A stretch of 64,000 nt of DNA, from NCBI GenBank assembly GCA_903873185.1, contig CAIQNN010000036.1, forward strand, positions 3,639 through 67,638, written 5' to 3'. Below, in pieces: positions 58,083 to 64,000 of this stretch. A program made the position numbers and the translations under genes. A model generated the notes under the pieces. The model was not told where the DNA came from, did not search any database, and saw only the letters and a program-made list of their open reading frames with translations. Positions within the stretch are counted from its first letter, which is position 1; the number at the start of each line of letters is the position of its first letter. The DNA comes from an uncultured Actinomycetes bacterium (lineage in GTDB: Bacteria > Actinomycetota > Actinomycetes > Nanopelagicales > Nanopelagicaceae).

Positions 58083-58796
58083 ATGGCACGCATTCTACTT
58101 TTGACGAACACCCAAGGCGCCAGCGCCGAGGTGCTCCCTAGCCTGGCGCTGTTGCAGCACCAAGTTCGAGTAATGCCCGCCGAAGCCTCAATCTTGGTCG
58201 ATGTTCCAGAAGTTGATTGCCTATTTATGGATGCCCGTCGTGATCTTCCAGCAGCAAAGTCGCTAACGCGATTGTTGAAATCAACCGGAATTGATTGCCC
58301 AATAATCTGCATTGCAACTGAAGGTGGCTTATCCGCGATGAACGCCGATTGGGGAATCAGCGATGTCATTTTGGATACTGCTGGCCCAGCCGAAGTTGAA
58401 GCCCGAATTCGTTTAGTCACTGGCCGCCAAGAACTAGAGCGCGTTGCCACTGATCCATCGCTTCGCGAAATTCGCACCGGCGATATCGTGATTGATGAAA
58501 ATTCTTACACCGCCAAAGTCCGCGGCCGCACGTTGGATTTAACTTTCAAAGAGTTTGAATTACTAAAGTTTTTGGCTCAGCACCCCGGTCGCGTCTTTAC
58601 TCGAGCGCAACTGCTTCAGGAAATTTGGGGCTACGACTATTTCGGTGGCACCCGTACCGTAGATGTTCATATCCGCCGCCTGCGCTCCAAGCTTGGTCCA
58701 GAATTTGAAGCCCTGATCGGAACTGTTCGAAATGTTGGCTACCGTTTCACACTTCCAAATTCTGCCAAAGAGAACAACATCTCCGAACTCGTCTAG
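58083..58796 (+). CDS. Atypical orphan OmpR/GlnR-type response regulator
   Basis: Start set at ATG 58083 ([12 protein letters not shown]). The receiver lacks the acidic DD pocket. Winged-helix C-terminus ([22 protein letters not shown]). Sits upstream of mshD, like mycobacterial GlnR. Confidence 0.7.
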   Translation: MARILLLTNTQGASAEVLPSLALLQHQVRVMPAEASILVDVPEVDCLFMDARRDLPAAKSLTRLLKSTGIDCPIICIATEGGLSAMNADWGISDVILDTAGPAEVEARIRLVTGRQELERVATDPSLREIRTGDIVIDENSYTAKVRGRTLDLTFKEFELLKFLAQHPGRVFTRAQLLQEIWGYDYFGGTRTVDVHIRRLRSKLGPEFEALIGTVRNVGYRFTLPNSAKENNISELV

Positions 58797-59716
58797 TGCA
58801 ATATTTACTGCATCTAGATGATGAGCATCGCGCCGGTGTTCTCGCCTTAATAACCGCAGCGCTGGATCACGATGGCGTGCCGCCAATATCCGAACACGTA
58901 TTACTTCACCTTCGCCATGGTGGTGATAAAGCCGACTGCCACATCATCTCCTGCGATGGCCCAACTGTCGTTGGCTATGCCCATCTGGATCTAACTGATG
59001 AAGTCGAAGGACCAAGCGCGGAAATTGTGATTCATCCGCAGTACCGTGGCAAAGGCTTTGCCCAACAGATTCTTACAAAGGCGCGCGAGGTTGCCGGCGA
59101 TCGAATTCGGTTGTGGTCACATGGCGATCTACCAGCTGCGCGCGAACTCGCAGTTCACAATGGTTTCAAACGAAGCCGCACTGTGATTCAAATGCGTCGC
59201 TCGCTAGCTGAGCCATTACCAGCGATCGATAATCAAATTGCAATTCGAACCTTCTTGCCCGACATGGATAACGAAGAGTGGCTCCAACTAAATAATCGCA
59301 TCTTCGTTGGGCATCCGGATCAAGGTAAATGGGAAGCCAAAGACCTTGCGATTCGCACCCAAGAGGATTGGTTTCAACCAACTGGATTCTTTATCGCAAC
59401 GGCCGCCACAAAGATGGCCGGATTTTGTTGGACCAAGATCCACGGTGGCCATTCTCATGAGCATGAGGGTGCGGCCGGCCAGCACGACCACGATCCCATC
59501 GGCGAAATTTACATAATGGGAGTTGACCCCGCCTTTGCTGGCCAGGGCTTAGGCCGAACCATTACCTTGGCCGGTCTGCGCTATCTGCGCCAAAATGGTT
59601 TGCTTTCGGCCATGCTTTACGTGGACTCCGACAACGAAGCTGCCCTAGCGCTTTATAGCAACCTTGGGTTTACCGAATTCGGTCGCGATGTTTTATATCG
59701 TTTAGACGCTAACTAG
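58796..59716 (+). CDS. mshD: Mycothiol synthase (acetyltransferase MshD)
   Basis: 306 aa. Two GNAT domains (HPQYRGKGFAQ and DPAFAGQGLGR). Start overlaps the upstream stop by 1 nt. Confidence 0.85.
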   Translation: MQYLLHLDDEHRAGVLALITAALDHDGVPPISEHVLLHLRHGGDKADCHIISCDGPTVVGYAHLDLTDEVEGPSAEIVIHPQYRGKGFAQQILTKAREVAGDRIRLWSHGDLPAARELAVHNGFKRSRTVIQMRRSLAEPLPAIDNQIAIRTFLPDMDNEEWLQLNNRIFVGHPDQGKWEAKDLAIRTQEDWFQPTGFFIATAATKMAGFCWTKIHGGHSHEHEGAAGQHDHDPIGEIYIMGVDPAFAGQGLGRTITLAGLRYLRQNGLLSAMLYVDSDNEAALALYSNLGFTEFGRDVLYRLDAN

Positions 59717-61060
59717 TTCGGCACAAATTGCTCTAAACGCTGCCGTATGTGCATCGACTTCAGCGGCGGTAGTTTCGGGACACATCAGCGCCATATTGTG
59801 AAAGGGCGTTAAGAGAAAACCATCATTTAGCAAACGCAAGTGGATGTATTGCTCTAACTCAAAGTCACCTGCAGCGGCCGCTTCAGCACCCGTACGTGGC
59901 GCCGTTGCTTGGAACAAATATTCCCCGCGCGCACCCAAACGGCTGCAATACCAAGGCAGATCAAATTCTTTGATCGCAGCATCGACCCCATCGCACCAAC
60001 GGTTACCTAAAGCTTTCATATCAACAAAAGCTGCATCGGTTAGGACTTGGGTTAACGTTGCGCGCATTGCCGCCAAGCTCAACGCATTGCCAGCCAAGGT
60101 GCCACCAATTCCACCGGTGTCGATAATTTCGCGCTCCACCTTTGCCTTAATGCGATCAGCAACCTCAGTTGTCATGCCAAAGGTTCCGGTTGGAATTCCA
60201 CCTGCGATTGCTTTACCAATTGTTAAAAAGTCTGGCTTTAAATTGAACATCGCAGTCATGCCACCAGGACCAACTGAAATCGTGTGCGTCTCATCGATAA
60301 TCAACATCGTGCCGTATTTTGTGGCCAACTTTCGAACTTCATCCAAATAACTGTCATCTGGCAACACAATCCCAATGTTGGTCATGGCTGGTTCCATCAA
60401 GATTGCCGCAACATCACCATGCGCCAGCGCCGCATCCATTGCAGCCAAATCGTTGAACTCGACGACGCGGGTGGTTTGATCCAACGCAACCGGCGCACCC
60501 AAATTTCCTTCGCGAACCACGGTGTTGCCATTTGAATCCAGCGTTGCAAAAGTTTCATCGACGCTGCCGTGATAGCACTTATCAATCACTACGATCTTTG
60601 ATCGACCAGTTATTAAGCGGCTGTAGCGAATAACGTGGCGATTGGCATCGGTGGCTGAAACTGTGAACTGCCAAAACGGCAACCCAAACCGACGCGCTAA
60701 TTCATTAGAAACCGTTACCGCATCTGCCGTCGGCAACATCGCGGTGATTCCAATTTTTAATTGCTCATTGATAGCAACGACCGTAGCGGCTGGGGAATGT
60801 CCGGTCATTGAGCCGGTATCACCCAAACAAAAATCAATATATTCGTGGCCATCAACATCAGTGAAGCGTGCGCCATTGGCTGAGGCTACGAAGATCGGAT
60901 ACTTGCCCGGCCATTTCGCCATCCAAGACATCGGCACGCCACCTGGCATCACCTTTGAAGCTTGCGCAAAAAGTTCACCCGATTTTGGATGAAGTTCCAA
61001 AAAGCGGGCTTCTTCTCTCGCGGTTAGATTCTTTAGATGTTCGCGATTTATGGTTTTCAT
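59702..61060 (-). CDS. Class III PLP aminotransferase (GSA-aminomutase-like)
   Basis: 452 aa. IIDETHT and PLP-Lys context FLTIGKAIAGG. Confidence 0.8.
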   Translation of the reverse strand: MKTINREHLKNLTAREEARFLELHPKSGELFAQASKVMPGGVPMSWMAKWPGKYPIFVASANGARFTDVDGHEYIDFCLGDTGSMTGHSPAATVVAINEQLKIGITAMLPTADAVTVSNELARRFGLPFWQFTVSATDANRHVIRYSRLITGRSKIVVIDKCYHGSVDETFATLDSNGNTVVREGNLGAPVALDQTTRVVEFNDLAAMDAALAHGDVAAILMEPAMTNIGIVLPDDSYLDEVRKLATKYGTMLIIDETHTISVGPGGMTAMFNLKPDFLTIGKAIAGGIPTGTFGMTTEVADRIKAKVEREIIDTGGIGGTLAGNALSLAAMRATLTQVLTDAAFVDMKALGNRWCDGVDAAIKEFDLPWYCSRLGARGEYLFQATAPRTGAEAAAAGDFELEQYIHLRLLNDGFLLTPFHNMALMCPETTAAEVDAHTAAFRAICAELVSV

Positions 61061-61066
61061 TTGAGA

Positions 61067-61831
61067 TTAATCCTCCGAAAAAGTGAAGAGCGCTTCAAGG
61101 TAATGATCGCCAACGATGCCCAGGTTCTCGGCATCAGGTGGCGCAGTCTGTGGTTCAACGGCAATGCCCTCGGTATCTTCATCGTAAACCGTCCACCATG
61201 GGGCATCGGATTCAATTGTTAAGCGAGCGGCGCCGCCCCAAACGATGGTGGGAACGCCCTTGATTTCAGTGAAGCAGTCATCCCATGGTCCTTTAGGCAT
61301 CGGGACTAATTCACCAGTTGGCAGGCCATCTTCATCGCGCAACAACATCTTGCCCGCGCTAAATTCAAGTTCCGCTTCATCGCCGCGTGAAAGTTCCCGA
61401 GGAAACCAAGGATGCATCCCAAGCCATGCCGGCAAGGTGCAACCGTTCGCGTCGTATTCCAGAATCCAACGCACCGCATCATCCAAAATTTCAATCGTTT
61501 GATTCACAACGGCACCGTTATATGGCGCCGGTAATTCCAATCGTGCTCGGCCGTGGCCAGTCTCTTCCCATGATGAAACAAAGCCATAGCCATGAATCGC
61601 ATTTGGTGGATCCCAAGAAGTTGGCAAGGTGTGGACTTCGCCAGCGCCATCAACGATTAAGCCATCGCGAATTCGTCCAGCCCAAGGCGCCATTGGATAC
61701 CAACCCCACGAAAGCGGTGTGCCGCGAAAGGGAACCGAAAATTGCAGATCGCGCCATTGCAGCGATGCAATCCGCCCACCTTGATCTAAATCGATCGATA
61801 CCGAAATCTCGGCGCCATCCATGTGTTGCAT
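61067..61831 (-). CDS. Aldose 1-epimerase-family protein
   Basis: 254 aa with a mutarotase-like beta-sandwich pattern (NAIHGYGF..., GMHPWF). Confidence 0.65.
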   Translation of the reverse strand: MQHMDGAEISVSIDLDQGGRIASLQWRDLQFSVPFRGTPLSWGWYPMAPWAGRIRDGLIVDGAGEVHTLPTSWDPPNAIHGYGFVSSWEETGHGRARLELPAPYNGAVVNQTIEILDDAVRWILEYDANGCTLPAWLGMHPWFPRELSRGDEAELEFSAGKMLLRDEDGLPTGELVPMPKGPWDDCFTEIKGVPTIVWGGAARLTIESDAPWWTVYDEDTEGIAVEPQTAPPDAENLGIVGDHYLEALFTFSED

Positions 61832-62740
61832 TTAGTCCTCTAATTCTGCCGAAGTCGGGGGCTTCGCCCCGGCCCTGGAACAGGTAATCGACGCGGCTTT
61901 TGCCGCTCGAGCCAATACTTTCGAAAGTTCGTCGCCGCGTAAATTCGCCAAACCATATTTGAGCAGACCTTCAACCACCACAGCACCAACGGTATCCCCT
62001 GCGCCAACCGTGTCTACTACAACGGTTGAAACTCCAGGCACCGATAAAACGCCATCAGCTGTTACCCCCACCAAACCCGCAGCGCCCTTTGTGATCACCA
62101 CAAGCGCAACACCTTCGCTTATCCATTCTTGCGCAATCTCAATCTCATTGCGCCCCGGAAAAAGCCAAGCTAAATCATCATCGCTCACCTTTATCACCGA
62201 TGAGATCCCGGCCCACTTTGCCACCGCAGCTTCGTACAGATCTCGATCGCCCAAAACCGAGGAACGAACATTGGGATCGAAAACGATCGGCGCATACTCG
62301 GCAACTTTGCTGGCCCATTCGTGCAGAATCCCAGCGCCTGGTTCGATGATCGTGGCCAACGTTCCGATATGCAGCACGGCCGGTGGCGAAGTAACTGGAT
62401 CAGGTAACCAGTGATGAGAAAAATCAAAAGTTGCGGTTCCATTGATTGTGAAAATGTAAGAGGCGCTTCCCTTTTCATCCAGCGAAACATCAGCAGTACA
62501 GGTTGGCAGATCAGAAAACTTTACATAATCTAACTTCACGCCATCGGCCAAAAGTTCGGCTTTGGCGCTTTGCCCATAATCATCGGTAGATATGCCATCG
62601 ATAAAGTGCGAATCAAAACCTAACCGCGCCAACGCCTTTGCGGTATTGGCTGGGCCACCACCAACGACCGCTAATTTTCCCGAACCGCTTGGGATTAGGT
62701 CAATTAGAACTTCACCACAGACCCAGATCTCCTTGCTCAC
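61832..62740 (-). CDS. PfkB-family carbohydrate kinase
   Basis: 302 aa. GGGPANTA and C-terminal VVDTVGAGDTVGA. Confidence 0.85.
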   Translation of the reverse strand: MSKEIWVCGEVLIDLIPSGSGKLAVVGGGPANTAKALARLGFDSHFIDGISTDDYGQSAKAELLADGVKLDYVKFSDLPTCTADVSLDEKGSASYIFTINGTATFDFSHHWLPDPVTSPPAVLHIGTLATIIEPGAGILHEWASKVAEYAPIVFDPNVRSSVLGDRDLYEAAVAKWAGISSVIKVSDDDLAWLFPGRNEIEIAQEWISEGVALVVITKGAAGLVGVTADGVLSVPGVSTVVVDTVGAGDTVGAVVVEGLLKYGLANLRGDELSKVLARAAKAASITCSRAGAKPPTSAELED

Positions 62741-63222
62741 TGCATTTCGCCTTTGCGCGCCAAATATTCAGTCAGAACTTCAATGCCGAATAGATGATCT
62801 TCAACTTGCGGAATGCCACTCACTAACAAAATACCTTGCACTCCTAAACCAGTTACGCGAAGCGCCTGGGCGCCGCCGTGGATTGCATAATCAGCTTCGG
62901 AGAAACCATAAGTTTCGTGCCAATTGATTCCTTGCTCTTCAGCCAAGACCCGTTCGAACATCGTGGAGTGGCCGCGGGCCATAACAACGCGGGCTTTACG
63001 AGCAATCCATTGATCGTTCTCGGGTTTTGAACCCGGCAGGCTGGCGTGAAATACCGTCCAATCGCCCAATCGCACTTCAATTGCCAGCGGTAGTGAACGC
63101 GCCAAACCCAGCGCCACCCCGATCTCGCCAATCTCAAGCGCATCGGCCATTGACAGCGAGGGAAGGGTTAAAAGCTCCTCTTCGCGCGCCAATTCCAAGC
63201 TGGTGAAGCCGCCAGTAGTCAT
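62737..63222 (-). CDS. UPF0303 / GlcG-HbpS-like (heme-degrading-domain) protein
   Basis: 161 aa. Size and pattern fit the UPF0303 family. First gene of the 4-gene minus-strand operon. Confidence 0.6.
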   Translation of the reverse strand: MTTGGFTSLELAREEELLTLPSLSMADALEIGEIGVALGLARSLPLAIEVRLGDWTVFHASLPGSKPENDQWIARKARVVMARGHSTMFERVLAEEQGINWHETYGFSEADYAIHGGAQALRVTGLGVQGILLVSGIPQVEDHLFGIEVLTEYLARKGEMQ

Positions 63223-63280
63223 GGGTAAACCTTATCGGGTTCGATTTTCCACCTCTGCCCGAGTAGTGCAGAATCTCGGC

Positions 63281-64000
63281 ATGAGCCAATTAATCACCAT
63301 CCCGCAGACCGATCTTAAAGTCCATCCGCTTTGCCTTGGGGGCAATGTCTTTGGCTGGAGCGCCAGTGAAGCTGAATCTTTCGAAGTACTAGATGCCTAT
63401 GTTGCTGCCGGCGGCAATTTTATCGACACCGCAGATATCTACTCCGAATGGAAAACTGGCAACTCTGGCGGAGAGAGCGAGACGATCATTGGGAACTGGA
63501 TGAAGGCCCGCGGAAATCGGAGCCAAATTGTGATTGCAACTAAGGTCGCTAAATATTCCAAACGCCCAGGTTTATCAGCCGAAAATATTCGCAGCGCCGC
63601 CCAAGATTCTTTACGCCGACTTCAGACTGATTACATTGATCTTTACTACGCACACGAAGATGATCCGAAAGTTTCAATGGTCGAAACCTTGGGAACATTT
63701 AATGAATTAGTGACGCAAGGAAAGGTTCGCTACCTGGGCGCTTCAAACTTTAATTCGATTCGGCTGCGCGAGGCGCTACAAACTTCGGAGGAAAGTGGCT
63801 TCGCTAAATATTCCGTCATTCAAAATCAATACAACTTATTGGACCGCAAACCTTATGAAACTGATATGGCCCCAACCTTGAAAGAATTCGGAATCACTTC
63901 ATTGCCGTTCTATGGCTTAGCCCGAGGTTTTCTAACTGGAAAATATCGCGAAGGCGTCAGCGTTAATTCCGTTAGAGCCGGTGGCGTGGCCGATTATCAA
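63281..64000 (+). CDS. Aldo/keto reductase, C-terminal end cut by window edge
   Basis: Outside the ORF track. Own translation from ATG 63281: MSQLITIPQTDLKVHPLCLGGNVFGW...NFIDTADIYS...IDLYYAHEDD...VRYLGASNF...QNQYNLL. Open to base 64000. Confidence 0.85.
   Translation, partial: MSQLITIPQTDLKVHPLCLGGNVFGWSASEAESFEVLDAYVAAGGNFIDTADIYSEWKTGNSGGESETIIGNWMKARGNRSQIVIATKVAKYSKRPGLSAENIRSAAQDSLRRLQTDYIDLYYAHEDDPKVSMVETLGTFNELVTQGKVRYLGASNFNSIRLREALQTSEESGFAKYSVIQNQYNLLDRKPYETDMAPTLKEFGITSLPFYGLARGFLTGKYREGVSVNSVRAGGVADYQ

Noticed and set aside
57971-58477. 168-aa minus-strand ORF opposite the GlnR-like regulator
   Set aside because: The plus-strand frame has a clear winged-helix response-regulator pattern. 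The antisense product is Ser/Arg-rich and low-complexity.
59844-62414. Plus-strand ORFs 59844..60350, 60642..60992, 61387..61887 and 61959..62414
   Set aside because: All are antisense to the minus-strand aminotransferase, epimerase and kinase genes, which carry family motifs. Their composition is typical of mirror frames.

Overview
Chromosomal segment of a mycothiol-producing actinobacterium. Lineage markers are mshA, mshD, carD, senX3-regX3-phoU, groEL2 with a CIRCE operator, an LpqE-like lipoprotein, and DUF3027/DUF3263/DUF2530-type genes. GC looks moderate to low for the phylum. Packing is very tight, with many 1-, 4- and 8-nt start/stop overlaps and several convergent genes that overlap or abut. 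I support about 75 CDS and one tRNA-Thr(UGU). I found no rRNA, CRISPR, transposase or integrase. Most genes are housekeeping: citrate synthase, pdxH, serC, groEL, ndh, ppx/mutT1/ppk1, cysS, ispF, gpmA, mshA. Three accessory parts stand out. (1) A ~12.7 kb insert (33988..46678) splits the normally contiguous carD-ispD-ispF-cysS block. It carries ptsH, an AcoAB-type TPP E1 with an E2-like protein lacking the catalytic His, ptsI, SorC and GutM regulators, a complete Gut-family PTS EII with SrlE split and permuted, and a COG4091 Rossmann+SAF oxidoreductase in the SrlD slot. It also carries a small repeat protein, a canonical ispD on the opposite strand, a Zn-ribbon ORF and an FMN alpha-hydroxy-acid oxidase. 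A degenerate ispD paralogue remains in the syntenic slot after carD. I flag this as the best candidate for an undescribed system: possibly methylerythritol or deoxy-ketol uptake, salvage or catabolism linked to the MEP pathway. That reading is explicitly a hypothesis. (2) A 7-gene phosphonate (2-AEP type) uptake/degradation operon (14496..21972) ends in a large cytoplasmic metallophosphoesterase and is preceded by a PHO-box-like 11-nt direct repeat. (3) An AT-rich islet lies downstream of tRNA-Thr, bounded by a 41-nt copy of the tRNA 3' half, and carries a single polytopic membrane protein. Smaller observations include a perfect 55-bp tandem duplication spanning a bidirectional terminator plus the 3' end of a csp gene, and candidate operators. 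All calls come from reading the sequence and the supplied translations. No database search was run.
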